From the NCBI GenBank assembly GCA_964016885.1, contig OZ024755.1:17422001-17486000 (forward strand): a stretch of 64,000 bases of DNA, read 5' to 3'. Made by a program: the position numbers and the translations under genes. Positions 12,051 through 24,586 of this stretch are shown here, piece after piece; position 1 is the first letter of the stretch, and every line of letters starts with the position of its first letter. The notes under the pieces are model-generated. The model saw nothing but the letters and a program-made list of their open reading frames with translations. It was not told where the DNA came from and made no database searches. Source of the stretch: Eledone cirrhosa. Its lineage: Eukaryota.

Positions 12051-12555
12051 ATCATTCCTGTAATGTGACCAAAGATTTTGGTTTTGAATTTCTTGTTCCC
12101 ATATTTTTCTAACACAAACAATAATTAATTCTCAACAGACATTCATGTATATGATGTTAACAGGTGTCATGTGATTAAAATGGTTTGTTTCTTTGTTTAA
12201 ATATGAAGAAGACGTTTCGGATAAGATATATTAAATGTCTGTCGACCAATCATAAATATGCATAATAGGAAATAGAAACAGCTCTGTAATGTATATATTT
12301 ATGTATGTTATTTAATGATATAACAATGTAACAATGTAAATGTAACCTCCATATTCAGGATAAATCCATATTCTTATCATTCAAATGGGTTTCATTTTTA
12401 ATTCTTAAGTCCATATGTGTGTATATATATATATTTGATGGTCTTATGGATATATATATTTATTTAATATAGAAATGGCTTCTACAGGACTAGAACTGTT
12501 TCATTCGGGAGAAATCATCAGGGCTTCCTTGTATATATATACAAGGATAAACTTG

Positions 12556-12588
<33 letters not shown>

Positions 12589-12808
12589 ATGTTTCCTGAA
12601 TTCATTTTAGTTAGCATTGTGTAAGATAGTGTATGTGACAAAAATTCATATTAGCCCCTCAGCAGGTGAAAGCCAAGCCCTGGCTAGAGAGGTTGTCACG
12701 TCTTCAACACAGCTTCCAATCCTTTGTTTAGCAAGTTTTCATTTATGAATTATAACTCCTTTTTCCAACCCCATGTTTACCATTTTGTCTTCTCTGTTCT
12801 TCAAACAG

Positions 12809-13096
12809 TATTTCTCCTCAGCACAGTATATGTACAATGCTGGAAATGCTGTGGGTAAGAAACCAAACTTTCAGTCTCAACAAATCAATCAGAGTTTGTC
12901 TGATTTGAATGGATATTGGAAAAAGATCAAACAATTACCAGCAGAGGACCAGATGTCAGTAACAACCAACAAACAACTACAGAAGAAAGAACATCAAGCA
13001 CTATGGACAATATCTCACTGGTTAAAAACTATGGAACAGTATCTCTTTACTGTGCCTCCAAAGAATGGAATACCACGGAAACTAAAAGAAAATGAG
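12809..13096 (+). CDS. SYNE1: Nesprin-1-like exon D (YFSSAQYMYNAG...KLKENE)
   Basis: ttcttcaaacag acceptor (second in-frame AG before 12827 possible), gtatat donor, 288 nt, phase 0/0; 'ISHWLKTMEQYL' motif. Confidence 0.8.
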
Positions 13097-13099
13097 GTA

Positions 13100-13130
<31 letters not shown>

Positions 13131-13138
13131 CATTTTAA

Positions 13139-13332
13139 GGGCGGTAGATTGGCAGTATCGGTAGAGCATCAGACACAATGCTTTGCAGTATAGAGTTATG
13201 GCCATTTACATTCTGAGTTCAAATTCCGCCGAGGTTAGCTTTGCCTTTCATCCTTACAGGGGTTGATGAAATAAAGTACCAGTAATGCACTGGGGTAATT
13301 ACCAGCCTTGTCCCAAAAGTAGAAACAATTAT
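13139..13332 (+). mobile_element. SINE A
   Basis: full-length match to the family. Confidence 0.85.
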
Positions 13333-14724
13333 GTATTATTTTATAACAATTTATATCAAACGTGAGGTTGTGAGTTTTATTCTCAGACCGGGCAATGTGT
13401 TAAATCCTTGAGCAAGACACTGTCTTGTGTTACTATTATGTAATCAGTAATGCTGTTAACTGGTATATGACAAATATGTAGTTTAACTAATCTAGCTGAT
13501 ACTCATCATGTTTTAAGTGGTTCAAATAATATAGTTGTATGGCTCAACTAATATAGCTAGTTATCATCATGTTGTAAGTATTCAACAGTTAAGTGGCTGA
13601 GCTAATATAGCTGGTTCTGATTATGTTATCTGGTATATGACAATTATGTAGTTTAAATGATATAGCAAGTTTTGATCATATTTTAAGTATATGACAGTTA
13701 TGTGGCTCAACTAATATAGCTTATTCTGATCATGTTTTAATTTGAGCAAGCTCAACAAGATGCTGATGATAAAATTTACATATTTCTTGACATTTGAATG
13801 TTTAAAAGAAAACAAAAGATCAGTCACAGCCCAGTATCAACATATTTAGTTTATCAGATGTTATACTTATAGATCGCCATCATAAAAGATCAATTTTAAT
13901 TTGCTTCTATTAGTTTTAAAAGTTTTGATATTTCTAAAAGTTTTTCAACATTTAATCTGATATTTTTCTATAAAAGTAATCCCCTTAGAAATAATGATAG
14001 AAAGATTATATGCTTCCTTCTATTTCAGTTCCCAGATTTCATGAATTATTCATTCTATTTCTATTAACTCTTCCAAATTATAGCTGGCAGTATTCAACAT
14101 TTCATTTATAATAAAATCAATTCTAAATTTCAGAGTTGTACTGGTTAGGCAAGTGACTTCATCTAAGACTCTGTTAAAAGTGAATCATTTTATTAGCCAT
14201 TTAAGGACACACAAAACCTGTTTTATATAGGTTTCCTTTATTTTACAGTGTCAAATTTTTTGTCACACCATCTGCGAACTGGTCTTTTGAAATTTGGAAA
14301 TTTTCTATAATTTTTTTTCTCCATATATTTAACATTTTCTCATACCACGTTTAGTCCATTGAAAACAATGTATATTTAAAGTAGTTGAATGCAGTTGCTA
14401 TTGTGTTACTCAAGTTGTCAACATGCTAACCTGCTGACTGAAGAATCAACAGTTTTACTGATTTTTACCATCTTTGGTAAACATAACTTTCAATGAATTA
14501 TACCAATTTGCTGCCCACCATCATCATCATTGTTTTTTACATCCGTTTTTTCATGATTGCATGGGTTGGATGGGTCCTTTTCGGTGCAGTATCTTGCCAC
14601 ATTCCTTCATCATCTCCTCTGTAAGTGTTAGTGATTTAAGGTTAGCTTTCACCACCTCTGCTCAGGTCTTTCTTGCCTCTACAGCAGCTATTTTGTTGAA
14701 AATTTAATGGTTTATTTACTCTGG

Positions 14725-14967
14725 GAGTATTGGCAGAGCATAGGACAACATGCTTTGTGGCAGTATTTGTAAAACACTGGACACCATGCTTTGTAGCATA
14801 TAGTTACACACCTTTATGTTCTGAGTTCAAATCCTACTGAGTTTAGCTTTGCCTCTCATCCTTACAGGGTTGATAAAATAAAGTACCAGTAAGACACTGA
14901 GGTCGATTTAATCAACTTTCCCCTCCCTTAAAATTATTGATCTTGTGCCTAAATCAGAAACCATTAT
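14725..14967 (+). mobile_element. SINE A, medium-tail variant
   Basis: head, central domain and gtcgatttaatcaactttcccc tail. Confidence 0.78.
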
Positions 14968-14995
14968 TTTTATCTACTTTACCTTGTCATCTCAG

Positions 14996-15199
14996 GTCAT
15001 GCAGAAAAGTATCAACAGTTTAAAAGATAAACTGAAAACATCGGTGATGCCTGTTTCCCAGCATCTAACAAAATCCCTTCCAGCAAGTGAGCAAATGCTG
15101 CCTGATGAAACCATCATGTTTATAACTGATCGCATGCTGTTGCTGACATCACAGATACAGATTCATGCTGATCACATGAAAACATGGAAGAAATATGAG
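14996..15199 (+). CDS. SYNE1: Nesprin-1-like exon E (VMQKSINSLKDKL...WKKYE)
   Basis: catctcag acceptor, gtaata donor, 204 nt, phase 0/0. Confidence 0.85.
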
Positions 15200-15309
15200 G
15201 TAATAACATTTTATTTACTATTCTACTTTACAACACCTACTTGATATGTATTTCTGGTGAATTCTTTTGGTTTTGGCCATGTTGCTATTAATGAAACTAT
15301 CTGCTGGTT

Positions 15310-15530
15310 TCAAACCCTAACTGAAGGAGGTGTGATTTTAATTTAGAATGCACAAAGCTGTTTGATGTTAACTTGCAACACACAGAACTGTTTCATTTTA
15401 ACTTAGAACACAGAGCTGCATGAGTTTAACTGAGAGCCCACATAATTGTGTGGGTTTAACATAGAATTCACAAAGCTGTATGATTTTAACTGAGAACTCA
15501 TAGAGCTGCTTGATTTTAACTTAGAATGCA
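15310..15530. repeat. Degenerate ~30-bp minisatellite (tttaacttagaa..cacagagctg)
   Basis: direct reading. Confidence 0.7.
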
Positions 15531-15819
15531 GAGGATCTCATCTGATTCTTTAACAGTTCCACAAATTCACAGTCATTTCTATTTTATTCATCAACAACAA
15601 AAGAATAAAATGCAATGTTAACATCAGTGTGTTTTAAACACACAACACAGTGAGCTAAATCAAATACTAAAGTATTTAATTACTTCAATGATTGTAAATT
15701 CTCTTCCTATTTCAGTAAATTAATGACGAATTTGGAGTGATTTACTAAAATTATTAATTATTTAACTATATTGGTAAATTTAAATTTAAATAGGAATCCT
15801 ATGCATAGAAACAAAACTG

Positions 15820-16145
15820 CAAATTAGCAGAGTCATTAGAACATCAGATGTAATGTTTTGCAATATTCAGTATAGCTCTCTGTTACCTGAGTTCAAATCC
15901 TACCAAGGTCAACTTTGCCTTTCATCCTTTCAAAGTCGATAGAAAAAAGTACCAATCTAGTACTGGGGTTGATTCTTCCTCTATATCACTTTGTCACTTC
16001 TTCTCTATCATTCTCTCATTCTCTTCTCTGGAAGAAATCTGCTGTGTTCAGACCTGGAGAGGAGATGGGTTCAGCCAGGCTTTAAAATGCCAAAGAAATG
16101 CTGTATGGGAATGTGGCACCCTTATGACTTCACCAAGAGTTATAG
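15820..16145 (+). mobile_element. SINE A, long-tail variant (also ~29150-29450, ~29495-29795, ~63385-63657)
   Basis: central domain followed by ctctggaagaaatctgctg...ccaagagttat. Confidence 0.65.
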
Positions 16146-16210
16146 GTAGGTGAGAGAAAGAGAAAGAGAGGCAATTTGGAGTGGGATGGGTTGGTATCAA
16201 AAGTGAAGTG

Positions 16211-16438
16211 TTAACACTTTAGCATTTACATTACTCTATATTTACTATTGTATTTTTGCGGTAAAGGTTTATCTTATATAATTACCTCACATAATATCGA
16301 ATCTACATGATTTTGATGTTATTTCTTTTGAAAACAATACCTTAACATCAGTATGAGTGGCCAGTTATGTCCAGTTTGAACAGAAAGAGGTGAGAGAATT
16401 CTGGTCAGTTATGGCCATTTTAAATGCTAAAGGGTTAA
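16211..16438. mobile_element. piggyBac-type MITE
   Basis: TTAA on both sides; TIR c(a/c)ctttagcattta / taaatgctaaaggg. Confidence 0.8.
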
Positions 16439-16488
16439 TGGTGATGTGAACCAAGCTTCAGAAATTTATCCTTGTATTTCTGTTGTAG

Positions 16489-16596
16489 GAAATTATGAGC
16501 AGACTTCGAACTGAGTTGGTCACCATTCAAAATCAGGAGAATGTTCCAGCTTCAACCAAAGAAAATTCATATGATAGGATGATTGAGCAAATGAAA
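16489..16596 (+). CDS. SYNE1: Nesprin-1-like exon F (EIMSRLRTELVTIQNQENVPASTKENSYDRMIEQMK)
   Basis: tttctgttgtag acceptor, gtaagt donor, 108 nt, phase 0/0; not in ORF track, read manually. Confidence 0.8.
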
Positions 16597-16695
16597 GTAA
16601 GTATGAATCTAATTGTTTTCTTATCAATTTTGTTACACATAATTCTGACATAGGTATATGCATACATGTGCATAGGAATATTACGGGTATATATA

Positions 16696-16795
16696 CAGGG
16701 TATCACTAAAAAGTTATACACACTTCAACACTATTCTAATAAATATTGCCTGTACAGGTAATCAAAGTGTGTATACATTTTTGGGGGACACCCTA
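16696..16795. mobile_element. ~100-bp Tc1/mariner MITE
   Basis: ~30-bp imperfect TIRs cagggtatc..tatacacactt / aagtgtgtatac..gacaccct; TA flanks. Confidence 0.68.
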
Positions 16796-17549
16796 TATAT
16801 ATATTTATAGATGTAGATAAATCAGCATGCAAATAAGACATAAATAACTTACTTGTTGGTGGGGGGGGGGGGTTGTAATGGTGTGATTATATATATATGT
16901 GTGTGTGTTGGGTTCAGTTGGTGGTAAGCTCAGTCAGTAAGGTACTCAATACATTAGTAGAGTGTATACAATATTTAATATAGAAATCTACAAGACTAGT
17001 ACTGTTTCATTCCAAGGAAATCATCAAAAATGAAACAGTTCTAGTCCTGTAGAAGCCATTTCTATATTAAATCTTAAACCTATATATATATGTAAGAATA
17101 TTTTCGAAACAGCGAGTGGGTTTGAAATTATTAGAAATGTAAGCTATCACCGTATTTTGACTAAAGAAATTAAAGAAATTATTTAGCCTGATAGTGGGGT
17201 TAAGAACTCTCAGAGAAATGGAAAAAGATGAGTATTGACGTACATGTACGTCAATACTCATCTTTTATTAGCTTACTAACGACAATACAACTTTCTCCGG
17301 CTTAGCCTGTTCCCCCCCTTTTGGAACTTTCCCCCGTTGATGGGCGTAAGCCCGAAATATTGGGATTAAATCTCCACTACGGTAACCCTTCTACCTTTGT
17401 TTTGTTTTCATTTTCGTTTCTCTCAATTTTCACTTTTCTCCTATTTCTCACTCACTTCCTACCTCGAGATTTCCGATCTGCATTGTTGTGGCTTTCTAAA
17501 CTACATATTTTACACATTTCACAATGCTTCAAGCAAACTTTAACACCCT

Positions 17550-17585
<36 letters not shown>

Positions 17586-18351
17586 AATTAATAAAAACAA
17601 TGAAATAAAAACAAAGAACAGGTTTCTTATATTGAAAAAATCATCATTTTACGATCGTTAGTAGATTTATCTACATATAGATATATGCATATAGATATGT
17701 GTGTATGTGTGAGTGTGAGAATATGTGTGTGTGTATGTGTGAGAATGTGTGTGTGTGTAGGGATTCTCATACACACACACAGAAATACATACATGCATAC
17801 ACAGAAGTGCATGCATGTATGTGTACACACACACACACAGATCTCATATATGAGCACACACACCTCATATACATGTACACACAAGCACATATACTCAGTG
17901 GATTCTAAAGATAATTGTGTATTTATAGTTTAGTAGGGTGACAAGCAACAAATGACTTATGTTTTTCAGATTATTATCATAACTCACACGAGTTCTTGTC
18001 TTTAGATTATTCACTTGAAAATGTGAAATGGGGAATATAATATTCAGAACCTAGAATAAGCTGATAAATGTCGTGCTGATTGTAATATTTGGTATAACAA
18101 GGTGCCAAGCAGAATACTTTTGTCACTTGCAAACATAGAAGTTCTATAGTAATATACAAGCATGTATAGATATGTTTGTATCGTATTGAATATATATATA
18201 TACATATGTATATGTATACATACGTATATATATATATATATGTGTGTATGTATATATACATATAGATATACATACATACATATAATCAATAAGATAGATA
18301 CATATACATGCATACACTCAGGGGAAAAAATATATTAAAATGGTGAAGGGT

Positions 18352-18386
<35 letters not shown>

Positions 18387-18437
18387 TGAAAAATGGAACG
18401 GGAACAAAACAGAGAGGCAGTACGAACTATATATATA

Positions 18438-19420
18438 TATAATAACTAGAAATTGATTAACATATAAATAAACATGAATAATCACAGGAGATAATTTTTA
18501 CAAGTGTGTAAGCACACATAGCTAGGTAGGTTACCTACCTAGCTATGTGTGCTTACACACTTGTAAAAATTATCTCCTGTGATTATTCATGTTTAATTAT
18601 ATGTTAATTGTTATACTTTGGGAGGGTCATGTTGCCAAAGGCACAGAAACAAAGAAAGGAATCCCCAGTCACTGAAGAGGTCACAGAGTGTGTGACGAAA
18701 GGACTATGACTATATATAAACAACTATCTGGTTGTGGAACCAACCAACCAACCAGAAATTTATAAGTTTGTAGATTTGTAAATTTATAAATTTATAAATA
18801 TATAATAAATTGAAGTGAAAGCAACTGGTGCGTGTGTTTCTTATTGGCAACATGACCCTCCCAAAGTATAACAATATCGGTTTCAACACACGATTTCAGA
18901 TAAAGAATCTTGCTAAACAAATTCAGAAACGAAATATATGTTAATTAATTTCTAGTTATTATAAAATGCTTGGACCTATTCGTTAGAATCTTAGAGCTTA
19001 TTTTGCGGGTGATATGGTGCATGTCTTTCTGGCATGACACCCATAATTTTGATTATCTTAATTTTGGATATATATATATATATATATATCAACTAGAAAT
19101 TGATTGATATATATATCTAAAATAAACATATGAAACAATCACAGGGAATAATTTGTAAAGAGTGTAAGCACACATAGCTAGGTAGGTAAGTAATTAAAGT
19201 TTAACTAGAACTTTAAAAATAGATACCTTATAAATGATTAATCCATTGATTGTTTCATATGTTTATTTTAGATATATATATATATATATATCAATTTCTA
19301 GTTGATATAAAATGTTCGGATCTATTCATTGGAATCTTGGAGCATATTCTACAGTGTATATGGCGCATGTCTCTCTGACATGACACCCTTAAATTAATTT
19401 AATTTAATTTTGAATATATA
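18438..19420. mobile_element. Two copies of a fold-back repeat family (~18438-19060, interrupted; ~19088-19420)
   Basis: near-perfect palindrome centred at ~18531 (gctaggtaggt/tacctacctagc); shared 3' tail catgtct..ctg.catgacaccc; (TA)n flanks. Confidence 0.6.
18608..18935 (+). mobile_element. Penelope-like fragment, family H, with ~30-bp inverted repeat and hammerhead motif at 18667-18711
   Basis: ttgttatactttgggagggtcatgttgccaa / ttggcaacatgaccctcccaaagtataacaa; agtca-CTGAAGA-ggtcac..gtgac-GAAA-ggac-TA-tgact. Confidence 0.62.
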
Positions 19421-19496
19421 TATATATGTATAAAATATTTAAAAAATAATGAATAAACAAAGAAACAGTTCCTTATATTAAACAAAAAAAGTTCAT

Positions 19497-19629
19497 TATT
19501 TTACGATCGTTTCTAGGACATATATGTGTTAGAATTGGCATGCATATTCAAAAGATCTATGTACAAAATTATACAAACTATCAAGGGGAATATACATACC
19601 ATCACATATATATGCTGTCTTCAGAAATA
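19497..19629 (-). ncRNA. Hammerhead motif, family I, with ~105-nt stem II domain, inside inverted-repeat element ~19430-19820
   Basis: minus strand: tattt-CTGAAGA-cagcatatatatgtg...cacatatatgtccta-GAAA-cgatcg-TA-aaata. Confidence 0.6.
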
Positions 19630-20067
19630 TGTTTAATATAAGGAACTGTTTCTTTGTTTTATTCATTATTTTTTAAATATTTTATCTTGACTCTGTATTC
19701 CGTTTATCTTTCACCGAAAGTGATTTTTGAATGCATCTCTTCTTTCCATGATATCCGGATTACATTGAGTTCTTCATACGGATTGGACACTACCGTAAAC
19801 TTTTGGTAGATTTATCTATATATGTATATATTATAAAATAATATATTTGGGTTTGTTGGTTCACCACTGGATAGAGCTGGTCATTCCGTAAGGTCAGCCC
19901 CGATGTAATATTGTGGAGAGCACTCAACATAATGCAACTCACTCGTCTTCGTTTGTGTTGTTGGTGGTGCGAGTACAGAGAGAGAGAGAGACAGACTTGC
20001 ATCTATAATCATGTTTGCATGAGGAATATGTTGGATATGGGCATATATTGATATGACAATGTGTGTA

Positions 20068-20250
20068 TAATTGTTTCTACTTTTGGCACAAGGCCAGCAA
20101 TTATCGCAGTGCATTACTGGTACTTTACTTTATAGGGATGAAAGGCAAAGTTAACCTTGGCGGGATTTGAACTCAGAATGGCAAGAGCCGTAACTCTATG
20201 CGTCAAAGCATGACATCCGACCCTTTACTGATACTGCCAATCCACCGCCA
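20068..20250 (-). mobile_element. SINE A
   Basis: reverse-complement match. Confidence 0.85.
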
Positions 20251-20645
20251 TGTGTGTGTATATAATGCATGTATTGATATAAGAATGTGTGTCTGTATAT
20301 AATGCCTGTATATTATGTATGTGTTGATATGAGAATGTGTGTGTGTGTTTTGTCAATGTTTATTCCTTACAGACATAAGCAATTACCTGCTGAGGAGACC
20401 AAACAAAGCTCCATGTGCTCATTGGTGTGTTTATAATTATAATGTTAGTGTTTGGCAGTTAGTAATTGTCTTTCTTATAAACAATATACCAATACAATCA
20501 TTCTTTAGACACATTTACAATATTTTGTATTTTACTACTATGAAGCTTTGAGGCAGTTTTCAGAAAAGGAAAAGAAACCAACATACATTACTTTTTTATT
20601 CATGCACAATGCCGTGTGTGTGTATATGTGTATGTGTTTGTTGTG

Positions 20646-20681
<36 letters not shown>

Positions 20682-21285
20682 AGGGTGTGTGTGTCCTGGT
20701 TTTTCGAATATATACTAACCGATGACGGTGATGATGATGTTGATGATGGTGGTAGTAGTGGTGGTGGCGGCAGCGGTGGTAGTGGTGGTGGCAGTGGTGT
20801 TGGTGGTAGTGGTGGTGGTGGTTAGTACACCATATCCCTGCATGTCACTAGATACAACTAAAAGGGTTGGCATTAAGAAGGGCATCCAGCTGTAAAACAT
20901 CGTCTCACAATGGACCTAAAAACAATGATGACGATGATGATGAAGAGTATGTTGATGATGACGATGATATGTTGATGATGATAAGAATTTTATAGTGAAA
21001 ATTAAATTACCGTATTTCCCAGCATTGAAGACTCTACTTTTTTCCTAAAATATGTCTCAAAAATCTACCGTGTGTCCTGTTGTTTATTATTTTTTTTCAA
21101 ATTTTTGGTTGTCAAAATTAGGGGGCATCCTCGAGAACAAAGCTTCACAGTACATAAAAAAATTTTTTTTAAAAATTAAAGAGAGAAAAATCAAAAAAAA
21201 ATCAGCCAATCTTCTGCACCCAGAAAATATTTAACACATATTCATTTTAATCTATTTAAATTGTTTCTTTGTACTTATATTATAG

Positions 21286-21426
21286 GAAGCCGAAATACAA
21301 TTGAAAGATCTTGAAAACAGTTTGAATGAGTTTAAAACTAGTGAAGATGAAAGCTCTGCCATCCCCAACTGGATTTTCAGTGAGTTTACCGATCTTCAAT
21401 TGGCCTATATGGAAGCTAAAAGAAAA
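21286..21426 (+). CDS. SYNE1: Nesprin-1-like exon G (EAEIQLKDLENSL...MEAKRK)
   Basis: tattatag acceptor, gtaaga donor, 141 nt, phase 0/0. Confidence 0.83.
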
Positions 21427-21824
21427 GTAAGAACATATATTTTAATCAATTATATAATCATCTTCATGATCAACATTTTATAAGCTATTTTCTGTATTTT
21501 CTGACATGGCTTGGCTAGATCTATTGTTATCATTTCAACACCTTTCTCAATTATTTATCAATTATCCTTTGAGAACCAGCCTCCAGAGATTTGATCTAAC
21601 CACATTTTTTTTTTTTCAAGTTTTCACTGGTAGCCTGTTCTATAAATTACCTCTCTTGTCAACCCACAAGAGTTTCTGCCCAACACTCATTTTCCAACTG
21701 ATTATTTTTTTTTCATTTTTTCATTTCATTTCATTTTATATGCAATAAATCATTTCATTGATTATATGCAATAAAAATGAAACAAAATCATGCTGATAAC
21801 TTCAGGCTCAATTATATATGTGTG

Positions 21825-22250
21825 TGTCACTGGACCGAGATCTTTGGCGCTACGCAGTAATACAGAAGACCCGCCTTGCCTAAGTGCAAAGCGAAACCTA
21901 CAGTCAGTAGACACCTCTTAACAAAAATACATCCCCAGTCCCACTACCCCCATCCCATCCACACCACCCCCTTTCGATGTAAAGTTATGTTGGTACCACA
22001 ACATCCAGTCCTAAATAAATGAGGTCGTGTAGGTGTCACGACAAAAAAACACACAGTCCACGCTGTAATGTGGTCGTGTAGGTAACACGGTAAAAACCTC
22101 CTAGTCCATACTGTAAACGTGGTTGGTGTTGGGAAAAGCCGCCAGACAGTCCTATACGAGCGAGACAACCAATCTTGTCTCAAGTGGGAAAATTACCGTC
22201 CAAACCCATGCTAGCGTGGAAGATGGACCTTAAACGATGATGATGATGAT
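21825..22250 (+). mobile_element. 5'-truncated copy of the composite RTE element
   Basis: colinear with 62175-62620. Confidence 0.82.
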
Positions 22251-22289
22251 GTGTGTATGTGTGTATATATATGCATGTGTGTATGTGTG

Positions 22290-22747
22290 TGAAAAAAACT
22301 GGTTTGATGATGGATGACTGGGAGATAGAAGCTCTTGTAAGAGAAACTTGGCGTGGAATGGTGAATGATGGGGTCCATAATTTTGAGGACAGACACATAG
22401 AGCATGAGAAGATCAAATGGGATGTGCGTAAGCAATGCCCTGGTGTATCTCTCGAAACGATCAGTGTCTCCATTGAATTGAAGTGCCCTGAGTGTGGAAA
22501 AATTTTCTTGAGCAAATCTGGTCTCAGGAGCCACAGTCGCAGCCATGTTAAAAGAGAACCAGTGAACTATGATCTCCACGGTATTGTGAGGGTTCACGGG
22601 CACCCTGATGCCAGGGAGATCCATAGCTGTCATCAGTGTGTGAAGGAGTGCAAGTCTCTAGCAGTCTTGAAAAGCCATATCTGAGCATCACACATCTGAA
22701 TCTGACAAGCGATTGCAATACTCTTGGCAGAGTTTGCAGTCATCATG
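22290..22747 (+). mobile_element. RTE/BovB-type LINE 3' end with two C2H2-like zinc fingers
   Basis: WEIEALVRETWRGMV..G...FE..., CPECGKIFLSKSGLRSHSRSH, CHQCVKECKSLAVLKSH. Confidence 0.78.
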
Positions 22748-23114
22748 TATATATATATAGTAATAATATAAATTGTGAAGACTAAAATCCGAAGCGGTCT
22801 CGATAAAGATTATATATATATATAAATATATATAAAAACCATAGAGTTTCAGAAGATCCCGTTAAGGGTGAAAGCAGCGATTCTTTGCTTAAACTTTAAT
22901 CTGTTATTTTAATAAATATATATATGTGTGTGTGTGTCTACTGACCAGTTTCAGCAATTGGTAGCTTTTCAAAGTTTCATTTTCAAATTTATGGTAGAAT
23001 GATGATGATATATGTGGGTGGTAACAGGGCTGTTTAATTAGTGTAGAAAACTTACCTCATATTTCTATGTTTTCACCCAATTATAATAACGAGGTGCACT
23101 CTTCTATTATTCAG

Positions 23115-23288
23115 GTGATGGATAGAAAGGCTACTTTACTTCAGTCATCCTCAATCCAAACCCAGTATGAAAAGCTTCTTGAAGACTTTGCAGATTTCAT
23201 GGTAACTGCTAAAAATAAGCTGAAGAAGTCAACAACCACCACTGCAAGGGATCTTACCCATCTTCAACAACAACTGAAGTCACACAAA
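23115..23288 (+). CDS. SYNE1: Nesprin-1-like exon H (VMDRKATLLQ...QQQLKSHK)
   Basis: ttattcag acceptor, gtatgt donor, 174 nt, phase 0/0. Confidence 0.87.
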
Positions 23289-23419
23289 GTATGTATTGGT
23301 TGATTGTTTTTTGTTTTCTTTTCATTTTCAGATGATTTAGTAATTTGTTCATAATATATCCATATATCCATAGATCTATGTATGTATACCAATATATATA
23401 TTTATATATATATATATAT

Positions 23420-23487
<68 letters not shown>

Positions 23488-23538
23488 TTATTTATTTATA
23501 TATATATATATATATTTATTTATATATATATATATATA

Positions 23539-23579
<41 letters not shown>

Positions 23580-23600
23580 TTATTTATATATATATATATA

Positions 23601-23631
<31 letters not shown>

Positions 23632-23738
23632 TTATTTATTTATATACATATATATATTTATTTATTTATATACATATATATATATAATAATAATTGTTAC
23701 AAGGACGATTTGTTAAGCCTTCATTACGTTTATTGATT

Positions 23739-23812
23739 GGTGACGCGTGTTTTGCTATTGATCTGCTCAAGGTTCGATCTGTATTAATCTGGAATAAAAA
23801 GCTCGTCGGAGA
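23739..23812 (-). ncRNA. Hammerhead-like motif, family D, degenerate second copy (element ~23690-23812)
   Basis: minus strand: CCGACGA-gcttttt...atcaatagc-AAAA-cacgcg-TC-acc, followed by the same tail as 4978-5020. Confidence 0.5.
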
Positions 23813-24117
23813 AGCACACCTGCAGCCCACACAAAGGTTTTTACAGCACGAGCATGTTTTATCTTCGTAATATAAAATTATAAAAATTAGTTGTAATGTG
23901 CGCAATTAGTTGTCATGTGTGGCCCTCAGACTACACATATATGACTCATGTGGCCCTCGGAGAGACCTCAGTTTGACATGCCTGCCCTACAGGCATCTAG
24001 GCAAGATGCTTTGTGGTATCTGGTCTGTTCTGAGTACAAATCGTTCCTCCATCTGTCGGAAGTTGGGGCTGGCAGAAAGTATTTGCAATGAAATGACTAA
24101 GGAAGACATTGATCTGA

Positions 24118-24507
24118 TAATAATAATGAAATTATTGTGTAAAGTGCTCAGGTGCACTACAACTCGTCAATATAGTACATAGAATAATACACAAATGTCA
24201 GGGAAGTACATGTGTGTATGTGTTAGCTGTAGTGTTGGCGGATCTCGGGAAGCATGGAGGCCTTAAAGGATGCAGTGTCTCGACAGCTAACAACTGATGC
24301 AGGTAGTTTGTTCCATGCTTCAGCAACTCTGAGCGTGAAAAAATGTTTCCGAAAGTCATGGGAACTGTGCTGTTTTCTTACTTTGTGGGCATGTCCACGT
24401 GTGTTAGACACATGGAAATCGAAAAGGCATTCAGAGTTGTTGTTGGCAACATGGTTAACAATTTTGTGGGTGTTTACCAAGTCAGTTGCCAGGCGTCGGA
24501 GCTTCAA
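24118..24507 (-). mobile_element. CR1-clade LINE 3' end
   Basis: LRRLATDL...TRGH...RKHFFTLRVAEAWNKLP..VV....ASFK; 3' UTR ending (att)n. Confidence 0.9.
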
Positions 24508-24586
24508 TGATCAACTCCTTTCTTTTTCTTTCTCATTCTCTTTCAAACACATATTTTAAGTTTTATCATCTTTTTTTCTTTTTAAG

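Noticed and set aside
17330-17365. Hammerhead-like ttgat-gggc-gtaa-gccc-gaaa (other weak cases at ~12205-12225, ~12650-12695, ~22845-22885, ~22940-22975)
   Set aside because: Core incomplete or mutated and single-copy here; plausible decayed motifs but not supportable.
22253-22684. Possible C2H2 zinc-finger gene
   Set aside because: The upstream WE..A..R..WR motif and 3' UTR identify an RTE LINE C-terminus.
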